The notes below the pieces were generated by a model. It did no database searches, was not told where the DNA came from, and saw nothing but the letters and a program-made list of their open reading frames with translations. From a bacterium (GTDB lineage Bacteria; Patescibacteriota; Minisyncoccia; Moranbacterales; GWC2-37-73), in contig JBAXDL010000006.1 in assembly GCA_037140955.1 (NCBI GenBank), positions 1 through 55,881 of the forward strand: DNA of 55,881 nucleotides, read 5' to 3'. Below are positions 34,489 through 47,635 of this stretch, piece after piece (position 1 is the first letter of the stretch; each line of letters starts with the position of its first letter). A program made the position numbers and the translations under genes.

Positions 34489-35970
34489 ATGGAAAAAAAG
34501 ATAACAAAACTGTTCCTGAACCCAAATGAGATGGCTTTTCGCAAGATTTATTGGCCCTTATTAGAAAATGAGACTCTAACAACTGTTTTTAGGCCTGGTA
34601 AGCGTCTTGCTACTGATGAACGTGGATATCGTGAGCAACAACTGGTGATGGCACGTGTAATTGACTCTATTGGTGCTGATTGGGCAGGTGTTCCTCCAGA
34701 ATTTGATGCTAAACTCTCAAAGCTCATTAGAATTGGATCAGTATATGCCAAATGCATAAAAGATCTTGATGAAAATGATTTTAGGGGTGCTAGTGTCGAC
34801 ATTCAAAGCAAAGAAATGTTGCAATATCATCTCGGTGTTGTTTACAATCTTTATCCTAAAGAAATAGGTGAAGATTCACTGGTAACAATTATTAAATTTT
34901 CCTATGAACAAGAGGAGAAAATAAACAATATGAAAAAAATACAAACAATTGAAGAACTTGTTGGCTCCGGTGTGATGCATCAAGCATTGCAACCCACTGA
35001 TAATGCACACCATTTCTATCTTGCACCAAAATATACACTGACATTGGTTGAAGATGATTATCCGGCAAGAACTCCTGCTATGTGGAATGCTGTGTATCGG
35101 ACTTTTGAAATTGATGCTGTGCAAAACATGTTTGTTGCCGAAACTAATGATTCAACCAAGATCTTAGAATCATTTAAAAATGATCCAAAATATCTGGGCG
35201 GAGGATTTGGAGTTGGCTTCAAGGATGAAGCAATTGCATATCTTGATGAAGTTGATCCTATTGCCAGAAAGATTGGAGCAGTGAACATCGTTGTGAAAAA
35301 TGATGCTGGAAAACTTGTTGGTCACAACACTGATGGTTTGGGATATGCTGAAAGTTTGGCGAATCTCTTTGCTAAACATGGAAATCACTGCACTCATCGA
35401 AAAGTTGTTATTCTTGGTTCTGGTGGCACTGGCAGCGCAATTGCTTTTGCTCTTGCACAACGACAAATGAAAGTTGTCATTTTGAACAGAACGGTTGCAA
35501 AGGCTGAAACATTGGCAAAACGCATCAATATTCACTTTAATCTTGATGAGAAGCTGGCTGTGCGTTGGGGTGGGGAAGAATTGATTGCGACTGAAATTTT
35601 GGATGCCGATGTTATTATTAATGTTTCAACAAAAGGTTCTGCTGGACCAATGGCTGAATATATGCCACTTGCTTCAGTTGAAATGCCTGCAAATGTTGAA
35701 AGCATTGAAAAAAATAACAAAGAGTCTCTTGATTTGCTTTCACTTGTTCCAAAAACAACAATCATTAGTGATGTTGTGTTGCGTGATGGGGACACTCCTT
35801 TTATTGCAACGGCCAAAATGCTTGGATTTAACACGCTTGATGGAATTCCGATGGTTGTTAATCAGGGTGTTGAAGCAATGTGGCTTGTGCATGGAAAAGA
35901 ATTTGAAGAAAAAGGTCTTTCTAAAATTGATATTTTCAATGTCATGAAGAGAGCTGCTGGCTTCAAATGA
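34489..35970 (+). CDS. Shikimate/quinate dehydrogenase (AroE-like) fused to an unassigned N-terminal domain of about 170 aa
   Basis: C-terminal two thirds: PAMWNAVYRTFEID, GAVNIVVKNDAGKLVGHNTDGLGY, Rossmann VVILGSGGTGSAIAFAL. The N-terminal 1-170 has no AroE counterpart. Strong SD AAGGAGGA lies upstream. Confidence 0.75.
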   Translation: MEKKITKLFLNPNEMAFRKIYWPLLENETLTTVFRPGKRLATDERGYREQQLVMARVIDSIGADWAGVPPEFDAKLSKLIRIGSVYAKCIKDLDENDFRGASVDIQSKEMLQYHLGVVYNLYPKEIGEDSLVTIIKFSYEQEEKINNMKKIQTIEELVGSGVMHQALQPTDNAHHFYLAPKYTLTLVEDDYPARTPAMWNAVYRTFEIDAVQNMFVAETNDSTKILESFKNDPKYLGGGFGVGFKDEAIAYLDEVDPIARKIGAVNIVVKNDAGKLVGHNTDGLGYAESLANLFAKHGNHCTHRKVVILGSGGTGSAIAFALAQRQMKVVILNRTVAKAETLAKRINIHFNLDEKLAVRWGGEELIATEILDADVIINVSTKGSAGPMAEYMPLASVEMPANVESIEKNNKESLDLLSLVPKTTIISDVVLRDGDTPFIATAKMLGFNTLDGIPMVVNQGVEAMWLVHGKEFEEKGLSKIDIFNVMKRAAGFK

Positions 35971-36077
35971 AAGTAGTTATTTATTTGTTGAATGTTATAG
36001 GGGATGCATGAAATTGCGCATCCTCTTTTTTTGTGAAAAATAAGAGGCTCAAGCGCGTTGCGCAAGAGCCTCTCGTT

Positions 36078-36407
36078 TCATTTTTTTTCAGAGAAAATTT
36101 TTTCAATTTTCTCCTTGTATTCCTGATGATGCATATCATCAGGAATTGTTCCAAATTTTTTTACTAAAAATAAGAAAAACTTTTCCATATGATCTACCTC
36201 CTTTTTGGTTTTTGACTCTTCTTTTTTTTCGAGCCATTTGTAAAGCTTGATGCATTCAGGGCAAAGTATCATGCTCACAAAGCAGAGCACGATAACATCT
36301 TGTTGGGTTGGAAAAAAGTCTTCGATACTGTACCAGAAATTTCCGGTATTCTCAAGGTGCTTTGCAACACCTTCCAAAAATTCAATGAATTTTTCAAACA
36401 TGTGCAT
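36078..36407 (-). CDS. Hypothetical protein (109 aa)
   Basis: ORF with a strong GC hairpin terminator downstream (36040-36075). No family recognised. Confidence 0.45.
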   Translation of the reverse strand: MHMFEKFIEFLEGVAKHLENTGNFWYSIEDFFPTQQDVIVLCFVSMILCPECIKLYKWLEKKEESKTKKEVDHMEKFFLFLVKKFGTIPDDMHHQEYKEKIEKIFSEKK

Positions 36408-36508
36408 CCTCCTTGGATTTTATAGATCATATATTAAACAACTTCATGACATATTACTATATTTTTTTATATTTGTCAAGTTGGCGTGGTTTGTGCTAGT
36501 GTTTATAT

Positions 36509-37321
36509 ATGAAAATAAAAAAAGCAGCTATAATATTGCTAGTTTGTCATCTTGTTGGTTTCGGCATTGTTTTTGGTGTGCGAAAATTTCGTGATAACAG
36601 AAAAGAAGAAAAAATGAGTGTAACAAGTCTTTCTGAACAAAAAAATGTGCAGCCAGCACGGGAATTGGAAAGTGAGAATGATAATGTTCAGGTTGTGCAG
36701 GATGAATTGCTGGTGCCTGCTCAGGGGACTGAGACAACTGCTTTGGATACGGAAAAAAAAATTGCTAGTGATGTTAAAAATGAATCACAAAAAAAAGATA
36801 TCGCAAAAAAAACTGAAACTGTTCCAGTAGAAACAACGAGTGAGAGCAAGAAATCAAGCGGTGATATCAAAAATGACTTGGTCTCTTGGGGATTTCAAAA
36901 GGCGACTAATCGAAAAATAAAAGCGATCATTGTGCATACTTCATATAATGCACTTGGTGGAGATGTGTTTGATTTTGACAAAGTTTTGCAAGAATGGAAG
37001 GATGCCGGTGTTGCCCCACATTATGCAATAGAAAAAGATGGAACCATCCATCAACTGGTGGCTGACAATAACATTGCTTGGCATGCCGGTGTGAGCAAGT
37101 TGCCGGACGGAACAACTGATGTTAATGGTGCGTCGATTGGAGTGGAAGTTGTTAATTCAAAGGATGCAAAGTTTAGTACTGAGCAATATAGTGCGCTTAA
37201 TGGTCTAATTTCAACTCTCAAGAAAAAATATCAAATTAAATATATCTTAGGGCATGATGAGATTGCTGCAGGAAGAAAGACTGATCCATGGGGAATAGAT
37301 TGGAATAAGGTGAATCGGTAG
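36509..37321 (+). CDS. N-acetylmuramoyl-L-alanine amidase (Amidase_2/PGRP fold), membrane-anchored
   Basis: IIVHTSYN, APHYAIEKDGTIHQLV..NIAWHAG, SIGVEVVN, LGHDEIAAGRKTDPW. Confidence 0.88.
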   Translation: MKIKKAAIILLVCHLVGFGIVFGVRKFRDNRKEEKMSVTSLSEQKNVQPARELESENDNVQVVQDELLVPAQGTETTALDTEKKIASDVKNESQKKDIAKKTETVPVETTSESKKSSGDIKNDLVSWGFQKATNRKIKAIIVHTSYNALGGDVFDFDKVLQEWKDAGVAPHYAIEKDGTIHQLVADNNIAWHAGVSKLPDGTTDVNGASIGVEVVNSKDAKFSTEQYSALNGLISTLKKKYQIKYILGHDEIAAGRKTDPWGIDWNKVNR

Positions 37322-37465
37322 TGTTTATTATGTGTACAGTATAAATTTCTAGACTTACGTTTTAAATTTAGCTCCCAAATTTTTAATTTTAAATTAAATA
37401 CTAATGATTAAATTTTTAAAGCATTGAAAATCAAAATATTATTTAAAACTTAAAATTAATTTGAT

Positions 37466-37732
37466 ATGATTTTACAAATATCCCTAGATGTAAACAACAT
37501 CAGTCTCACTTTAAAAGATGGCCACAAGGTGATTGACACACTTGCTTGGAATGATGAATACACCCTAAGTGAAAAACTTTTGCCAAACATTCATCAGTTG
37601 CTTGAAAAAAATAATGTTTCTAAAAACAAGGTCAAGCTTGTTGGAAAAATAACAAAAAATTCAGGAGTAACAAGTTCAAGGATTGTAAAAACAATTGTTG
37701 CTGCTTGGAAAATAGGCAATGAAGTGCTATAA
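37466..37732 (+). CDS. Small protein resembling the N-terminal half of TsaB/YeaZ (tentative)
   Basis: MILQISLDVNNISLTLKDG...LSEKLLPNIHQLL...NSGVTSSRIVKTIVAAW parallels TsaB MxILAIDTS...HSExLLPxIxxLL...GPGSFTGLRIG. The protein is truncated and divergent. Confidence 0.3.
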   Translation: MILQISLDVNNISLTLKDGHKVIDTLAWNDEYTLSEKLLPNIHQLLEKNNVSKNKVKLVGKITKNSGVTSSRIVKTIVAAWKIGNEVL

Positions 37733-37883
37733 TAATAACAACTTTCACTGACTTGAAAAATAGTTACTGGACAAGCTCTGAAATTTGTGCTATACTTGTT
37801 TTGTAATAAAGAACGGGTGTAGAAACCCCCGTTCTTTTTCTTTTTTTTAAAAACAAAAAAATAATTTTAACAAAAAAAACAAA

Positions 37884-38210
37884 ATGCCAACAATAAAAAC
37901 AACAAAAACAAAAAGAAAAGATGCCGGCACTGGTTCTGACTGGAAAAGTTTGGTGCAAGGTTTTGTGGGAAATGTGCTAGAACAAATGAGCGAAAATGTT
38001 TCGCACAAGATTCACGCTTGGCTCAAGGTGCTAAAGCGCAAAACAATTGGAGCAGTGATGATGTTCTTTGGACTGGCATATTTGCTAATTGGATTGTCGA
38101 TGTATCTCAATTCTATTTTGGCAAAAATATTGCCAGGACTTGGATATGTTACGGTTGGAATTTTGGCAGTGCTAATTGGAGTTTTAATAAGTAGTGATGA
38201 AGTTAAATAG
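37884..38210 (+). CDS. YqjE/holin-X-like small membrane protein (tentative)
   Basis: 108 aa with two TM helices after a basic N-terminus. Adjacent to a DUF883-like gene, as in yqjD-yqjE. Confidence 0.35.
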   Translation: MPTIKTTKTKRKDAGTGSDWKSLVQGFVGNVLEQMSENVSHKIHAWLKVLKRKTIGAVMMFFGLAYLLIGLSMYLNSILAKILPGLGYVTVGILAVLIGVLISSDEVK

Positions 38211-38245
38211 ATAATGTTAGTTAATTAATTTTAAATATAACAAAA

Positions 38246-38548
38246 ATGGACAAGAAACAAATCAAAAAAGTGATCAACAAGAATTTGAAGATTGCCGAAA
38301 AAAAAGGAGTTGAAATCAAAAAAGTTGCCATTGAAAAAGGCGGCGAGCTTGAAAAAATTGCACTCAAAGAAATTGCAAAGATTCAAAAAGAAATGGATGC
38401 AACATCCAAGAAAGTTCAAGATTATGTCAAAAAAAATCCTCATCGTGCAGCCTTGATTTCTGCTGGCATCGGTGCAGCGCTTGGAACAGCTGCAGCTCTT
38501 TTGCTTACATATAGTGACAACAAGGGAGAAAAGAAAAGAAAAAAATAA
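38246..38548 (+). CDS. ElaB/YqjD/DUF883-like tail-anchored protein
   Basis: Charged helical N-terminal part, then KKNPHRAALISAGIGAALGTAAALLL as a C-terminal anchor. Confidence 0.5.
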   Translation: MDKKQIKKVINKNLKIAEKKGVEIKKVAIEKGGELEKIALKEIAKIQKEMDATSKKVQDYVKKNPHRAALISAGIGAALGTAAALLLTYSDNKGEKKRKK

Positions 38549-38676
38549 ATTTTAGCTTATCTTCTTTTTATTCAAATCCTACCATTTTGGGTGGGATTTG
38601 TTTTTTTGTATAAACATATTTTCAAAATAAACTTTCCATGCTAAAATAAAAACATAAAAATATTAACCAAATCAAA

Positions 38677-40062
38677 ATGAAAATAAAAAAGTCTCTTCCA
38701 ATCTTTCTGGCTATTGCCATCCTCTCAGGAGCAACTTTCAAATTTGCCAAGGCTTGGACTGAGCCAACAACAGCACCACCTTCTTCAAACATCGGAGCAC
38801 CAATCACAACAGGAAGTCAAGGACAAACAAAGTCTGGTGCCATTGGAATAAGTGCTTGGGATTCTCAACTTTGGCAAGGTAATGGAACAACCAAAAGAAG
38901 TATTGGCGGAGCCTATGGTTGGGATCCTAATCAACTATACATCAATGGTTGGGGAGAATGGACAAATGGAGTAACAATTGGTGGAGGTGGAGGAAACAGT
39001 GATCTGAGTGTTACTGGTGGTGTTTTTTCAAATGCAAGATCACGTTTTTCTGGGGGACAATATGGTCCAGCAAATGGAATAACCATCGGTGATGATCAAT
39101 ATCAAATCTATAGTATTGGAGGAAATATATATATGAACAGTACGATTGGAAACACCGTTCTTCAACCTAATGGTGGTGGTGTTAATGTTGGACTTGGTGG
39201 GACAAGCGATCTTACTGTTACTGGTAGAATTTATGCGAATGATTGGTTTCGTCCGCGCAATAATTCGGGATTGTATTTTCAAGATCATGGTATGGGTCTG
39301 AATATGGTAGATAATACCTGGATTAGAATCTATAGCGATTGGGGAACACCAGGCAATCTTTATGCTCCAGGAGAGTTGCAAGCAACCACAGTAAAAGCAA
39401 ATTCAAATCTTTGCATTGGAGGTGATTGTCGCAATGCTTGGCCAAGTTTCAGTGGTCTCCAGCTCAATACCTGGCAAGGTAGTCACTACTCAGGTTCTGA
39501 TGGTGCTGAATATGCAACTATTTTTTATGATTCTAATGATGGTAGTTATTACGTTAATCCTAATGGTGGTTCACAATTTAACGCAGTCTATGCAAACAAT
39601 TGGATTCGTCCACAAGGAGATACTGGAATATATTTTCAAGACCATGGCGGTGGACTTAATATGACAGACAATACCTGGGTTAGAACTTATGGTGTGGGAA
39701 ATTTCTATGCCTATGGAGAGTCTCAAGCTACAACAGTACGAGCTAATTCAAATTTGGTTACACCGAAAATTAGTTTTACTGATGGAACTGTGCAGACGAG
39801 TGCAGCTGTTGGATCAGCTGGCGTTAATTGTAATTGGTCAGGTTCTAATATGCTGCCAGGACAAATCCCAGGAGAGTCTGGTAGTGGTGGTGGTGGCTCT
39901 TCTCATCTTACTGCTGGTTGTGGATATGGTCTTCCCGCTTCTTCTACTACTTGTGGTGATATATGTGTTCCACAACCTAAAGTGATGGAAATTTATTGTT
40001 CTGGTGGTAAAATAACTGATATAGTTGCTCATGACTGGTATGTTTTAATGGGTAGTTGTTAG
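38677..40062 (+). CDS. Secreted PilV-like/WTEPT-motif surface protein with an internal duplication of about 100 aa
   Basis: Signal peptide ...FKFAKA|WTEPTTAPPSSNIGAPITTGS. Repeats: NDWFRPRNNSGLYFQDHGMGLNMVDNTWIRIY...GELQATTVKANSNL and NNWIRPQGDTGIYFQDHGGGLNMTDNTWVRTY...GESQATTVRANSNL. YDSNDGSYYVNPNG motif and a Cys-rich C-terminus. Confidence 0.75.
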   Translation: MKIKKSLPIFLAIAILSGATFKFAKAWTEPTTAPPSSNIGAPITTGSQGQTKSGAIGISAWDSQLWQGNGTTKRSIGGAYGWDPNQLYINGWGEWTNGVTIGGGGGNSDLSVTGGVFSNARSRFSGGQYGPANGITIGDDQYQIYSIGGNIYMNSTIGNTVLQPNGGGVNVGLGGTSDLTVTGRIYANDWFRPRNNSGLYFQDHGMGLNMVDNTWIRIYSDWGTPGNLYAPGELQATTVKANSNLCIGGDCRNAWPSFSGLQLNTWQGSHYSGSDGAEYATIFYDSNDGSYYVNPNGGSQFNAVYANNWIRPQGDTGIYFQDHGGGLNMTDNTWVRTYGVGNFYAYGESQATTVRANSNLVTPKISFTDGTVQTSAAVGSAGVNCNWSGSNMLPGQIPGESGSGGGGSSHLTAGCGYGLPASSTTCGDICVPQPKVMEIYCSGGKITDIVAHDWYVLMGSC

Positions 40063-40415
40063 TTGGTTATGATTATTATGTCTTATTTTTGATCTAAAAA
40101 TGGCTCTCTTGACACTTTTTCATATTCATGTTAACCTGTTTGTACATTCACGATTTAGGAAAGAACTTCTATTTTTTGCATTGTTTTTGGGTGAAAACAG
40201 CGCACAAACTTTTTGTCAAACTGGAGCTATAAAGCGCTCTGTTTGACTCGTTATCGCTTGGCAAATTGCTGAGCAAAAGGGAAAAAATTCTCAAGACATT
40301 TGAGAAGAAAAAACACAACTAAATATTATAAATAGCCTTAATTTAAACTCATTTTGGCTCTTTGTTTTTTGAAATCATTTTCGAAAATCAGAGAGAATTT
40401 ATGAGGGTTGTTTTT

Positions 40416-43400
40416 ATGGTCAAAGAAAAGAAAGCCTTAAAGGTGAAGGAGACATATGCCTCTACTTCATCTCTGTCGAAGAGAAAGTTTTTCAAAAAGC
40501 AATTGATGGTGTCATTGCCAAACCTTATTGAAGGTCAAATCGATGCATATCAATGGTTTTTGGATCGAGGTCTTCGCGAACTGTTTGATGAGATCAATCC
40601 TATCAGTGATTTCACTGGAAAAGATTTAGAGCTTTCTCTGACTGACTATTACTTGGACGAACCAAAGACTGATGAATTGGTTGCCAAGAACAAAAATGTT
40701 TCCTATGAAGCGCCTCTTCGAGCAAAGGCTCGTTTAACGATCAAAAAAACTGGAGAAATCAAAGAACAAGAGATTTATCTTGGAGATTTTCCAGTGATGA
40801 CACCGCGCGGAACATTCATCATTAATGGTGTTGAGCGTGTGGTTGTTTCTCAGTTGATTCGATCTTCTGGAGTCTTTTTCACGATGGAATATTCAAAAGG
40901 CAAAAAACTTTTTGGAGCAAAATTGATTCCAAATCGTGGAGCGTGGCTTGAAATTGACACTGACTTGTCAGGTGTTTTGAACGTGCGTATTGATCGCAAA
41001 AGAAAAATTCCAGTGACTGCGCTGCTTCGCGCTTTTGGAATGGAAAAAAATGAGGATATTTTGAAAGCTTTTGATGGTTTTGACAATGGGGAAGTGAAAT
41101 TTATTGAAGAATCACTTGCAAAGGATATTACCAAAAGTCAGGCTGAAGGATACAAGGAAATTTACAAAAGAATTCGTCCAGGAGATTTGGCAACCGCTGA
41201 AAATGCCAAGCAATTAGTCAATGGAATGTTTTTTAATTTTGAAAAATATGATTTCGGATCAGTTGGACGTTATCGCTTGAATCAGCGTTTGAACATTGAC
41301 CTTGAAGACAAAGAAGAAAACAGAATTTTGTTGGTTTCTGATTTGCTTTTGATCATCAACGAAATTATTCGCCTCAACAATGACCCACATGCAATTGCTG
41401 ATGATATTGATCATCTTGGAAACAGACGTGTGCGAGGTGTGGGCGAGTTGGTGCAAAACAAACTTCGCATTGGTATGGCCAGAATGGCTCGCAACATTAA
41501 AGACCGCATGAGTACTTGCGATCTTGAAGCTGTGGTGCCGGGACAATTGATCAATTCCCGTCCTGTGGCTGCTGCTATCAAAGAATTTTTCTCAAGTTCA
41601 CAACTTTCACAATTCATGGATCAAGTGAATCCTTTGGCTGAGCTTGAACACAAAAGACGTTTGTCAGCGATGGGTCCAGGAGGACTCACTCGAGAACGAG
41701 CGGGCTTTGAAGTTCGAGATGTGCATCATTCACATTATGGACGTATTTGTCCAATTGAAACTCCTGAAGGTCCAAACATTGGTTTGGTAGGACACATGGC
41801 AACATATGCTCGTATTAATGATTTTGGATTTTTGGAAACACCTTATATTAAACTTTACAAAGAAGTTCCAAATACTATTGAAGCTTTGACAAACAGAGTT
41901 TTGAATGAAGATGTGGCTGGTGGAGTTTCTGGTCAGTTTATTGATGAAGAATTGGCAAAAAAGATTGCCAAGACTGCTGCCAAAACCATTCAAATCAAGC
42001 CTTATGTTTCAGATGAGATTGAATATGTAAATGCAACAGTAGAAGATCGCTGCATCATTACACATGCTCGTGTTAATACTGATGAACATAGAAATATTGT
42101 TGACAAAACTGTGGAAGCTCGTGTTAAAGGACATCCTGAAATGATTGAAACTGAACACTTGGATTATATGGACGTTAGTGCTAAGCAATGCATCTCAGTT
42201 GCAACCTCTCTTATTCCATTTTTGGAACATGATGATGCAAACCGTGCATTGATGGGTTCAAACATGCAACGACAAGCTGTGCCTTGCATCGTGCCACAAG
42301 CTCCTTTTGTTGGAACTGGTATTGAAGACAAGGCGGCTGCTGATTCTGGTCAGGTTGTTTTGGCACTTGGTGATGGAGAAGTTGTTGAAGTTGATGGAGC
42401 GCACATTACCGTCAAAGAAACTGCACCAATCGGAGCAAAGAAAGACAATTTCAAACGTGAATATATTTTGCAAAGCTTCCAAAAATCAAATGCCTTCACT
42501 TCCATGAGTCAACTTCCACGTGTGGAAAAAGGACAAATAGTGAAAAAAGGTGATCTTTTGGCCGATGGCGCTGCGACTGAAAATGGAGAATTGGCACTTG
42601 GTCAAAATCCATTGGTGGCCTTTATCCCATGGGATGGATATAACTTTGAAGATGCGATTATTCTTTCAGAAAGATTATTAAAAGAAGATTGGTATAGTTC
42701 GATTCATATTGAGGATTTCTCAATTGATGTTCGTGACACAAAGCTTGGGCCGGAAGTTGTGACTCGTGACATTCCAAATATTGGAGAAGAAAGATTGAAG
42801 AATTTGGATGAAACAGGAATTATCCGTATCGGAGCAGAAATTTCTTCAGGGGACATTCTTTGTGGAAAAATCACTCCAAAGGGTGAAGGTGATTTGACTC
42901 CAGAAGAAAGATTGCTTCGGGCGATTTTTGGAGAAAAATCAAAAGATGTTAAAGACTCATCATTGTATCTTCCACATGGAGAACATGGAAAAGTTGTAGA
43001 CATTAAAATTTTGTCACGAGAACAAGGTGACAAGCTTTCAACTGGTGTGATCAAACAAATTCAAGTTTCTATTGCTCAACTTCGCAAAGTTTCAGTTGGA
43101 GACAAATTGGCTGGACGACATGGAAACAAGGGTGTTATTTCACGTATTGCTCCTGTTGAAGACATGCCATACCTTCCAGATGGAACTCCTATTGATGTGA
43201 TCTTGAATCCATTGGGTGTTATTTCTCGTATGAATATTGGACAGATTTTGGAAACACATCTTGGATGGGCAGCGCTTAAACTTGGATACAAAGCTGCAAC
43301 TCCTGCGCTTGATGGAATTACTGAAGAAGATATCAAAGGAGAGCTCAAAAAAGCTGGTCTTCCAGAGAGTGGAAAAATTCGTTTGATTGATGGAAAGACT

Positions 43401-43850
43401 GGTGAATATTTTGACAACGAAACAACTGTTGGTGTGATGTATGTCATGAAGCTGAACCATTTGGTGGAAGACAAATTGCACATGCGTTCAATTGGACCAT
43501 ACTCACTTATTACTCAGCAACCTCTTGGTGGTAAGGCACAATTCGGAGGACAACGCTTTGGAGAAATGGAAGTATGGGCGCTTGAAGGATATGGCGCAGC
43601 ATACACTTTGCAAGAAATGCTTACGATTAAATCTGATGACGTTCTTGGAAGATCAAAAGCATATGAATCAATTATCAAAGGTGAGAAGATAAAGAGTCCA
43701 AACATTCCAGCATCATTCCATGTGCTCGTAAATGAGCTTAAGGGACTATGTCTAGATGTTGAACTTGTTGATTCTAAATTAAAAGAAGATGATCATGACG
43801 ATGAAATCGGTGGATATGACATCCCCGAACAAGACGCTATGCAAATTTAG
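40416..43850 (+). CDS. rpoB: DNA-directed RNA polymerase subunit beta
   Basis: Conserved RpoB blocks (GTFIINGVERVVVSQL, RLSAMGPGGL, GRICPIETPEGPNIGL, NMQRQAVP, GRHGNKGVISRI, GGQRFGEMEVWALE). The ORF is open from 40362; ATGs at 40401 and 40416. Confidence 0.97.
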   Translation: MVKEKKALKVKETYASTSSLSKRKFFKKQLMVSLPNLIEGQIDAYQWFLDRGLRELFDEINPISDFTGKDLELSLTDYYLDEPKTDELVAKNKNVSYEAPLRAKARLTIKKTGEIKEQEIYLGDFPVMTPRGTFIINGVERVVVSQLIRSSGVFFTMEYSKGKKLFGAKLIPNRGAWLEIDTDLSGVLNVRIDRKRKIPVTALLRAFGMEKNEDILKAFDGFDNGEVKFIEESLAKDITKSQAEGYKEIYKRIRPGDLATAENAKQLVNGMFFNFEKYDFGSVGRYRLNQRLNIDLEDKEENRILLVSDLLLIINEIIRLNNDPHAIADDIDHLGNRRVRGVGELVQNKLRIGMARMARNIKDRMSTCDLEAVVPGQLINSRPVAAAIKEFFSSSQLSQFMDQVNPLAELEHKRRLSAMGPGGLTRERAGFEVRDVHHSHYGRICPIETPEGPNIGLVGHMATYARINDFGFLETPYIKLYKEVPNTIEALTNRVLNEDVAGGVSGQFIDEELAKKIAKTAAKTIQIKPYVSDEIEYVNATVEDRCIITHARVNTDEHRNIVDKTVEARVKGHPEMIETEHLDYMDVSAKQCISVATSLIPFLEHDDANRALMGSNMQRQAVPCIVPQAPFVGTGIEDKAAADSGQVVLALGDGEVVEVDGAHITVKETAPIGAKKDNFKREYILQSFQKSNAFTSMSQLPRVEKGQIVKKGDLLADGAATENGELALGQNPLVAFIPWDGYNFEDAIILSERLLKEDWYSSIHIEDFSIDVRDTKLGPEVVTRDIPNIGEERLKNLDETGIIRIGAEISSGDILCGKITPKGEGDLTPEERLLRAIFGEKSKDVKDSSLYLPHGEHGKVVDIKILSREQGDKLSTGVIKQIQVSIAQLRKVSVGDKLAGRHGNKGVISRIAPVEDMPYLPDGTPIDVILNPLGVISRMNIGQILETHLGWAALKLGYKAATPALDGITEEDIKGELKKAGLPESGKIRLIDGKTGEYFDNETTVGVMYVMKLNHLVEDKLHMRSIGPYSLITQQPLGGKAQFGGQRFGEMEVWALEGYGAAYTLQEMLTIKSDDVLGRSKAYESIIKGEKIKSPNIPASFHVLVNELKGLCLDVELVDSKLKEDDHDDEIGGYDIPEQDAMQI

Positions 43851-43885
43851 TCATTAAAACTTTGTAATAAACCTCAAAAAAAATT

Positions 43886-47464
<3,579 letters not shown>

Positions 47465-47523
47465 GTTTCAGGTTGTTGGGATATAAAACAAAATTCGTCA
47501 TTTTTGACGGTATGGAAAGAAAA

Positions 47524-47553
47524 AACGCTTCACCTTGGTGGGGCGTTTTTTTT
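47524..47553 (+). terminator. rpoC intrinsic terminator
   Basis: ACGCTTCAC-CTTG-GTGGGGCGT (9 bp including two G-U pairs) followed by TTTTTTTT. Confidence 0.8.
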
Positions 47554-47589
47554 GTTGAAAAAATCTTTTCATTAAGCCAAAATAAACAC

Positions 47590-47598
47590 TTATCCACA
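47590..47598 (+). promoter_or_regulatory. Consensus DnaA box upstream of the lexA promoter
   Basis: Exact TTATCCACA. Confidence 0.35.
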
Positions 47599-47606
47599 GT
47601 AGTAGC

Positions 47607-47635
47607 TTGCAGTGATAAAGCATCAGTGATAGAAT
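47607..47635 (+). promoter_or_regulatory. lexA promoter with embedded direct repeat CAGTGATA x2 (candidate operator)
   Basis: TTGCAG, 17 nt, TAGAAT. CAGTGATA occurs at 47610-47617 and 47624-47631, overlapping the -35 and the -10. Confidence 0.5.

Noticed and set aside
25804-40062. Diversity-generating retroelement targeting the LamG giant protein or the PilV-like protein.
   Set aside because: There is no reverse transcriptase ORF in the window. There is no template/variable DNA repeat pair with adenine-specific mismatches. The internal repeats are diverged at all base types.
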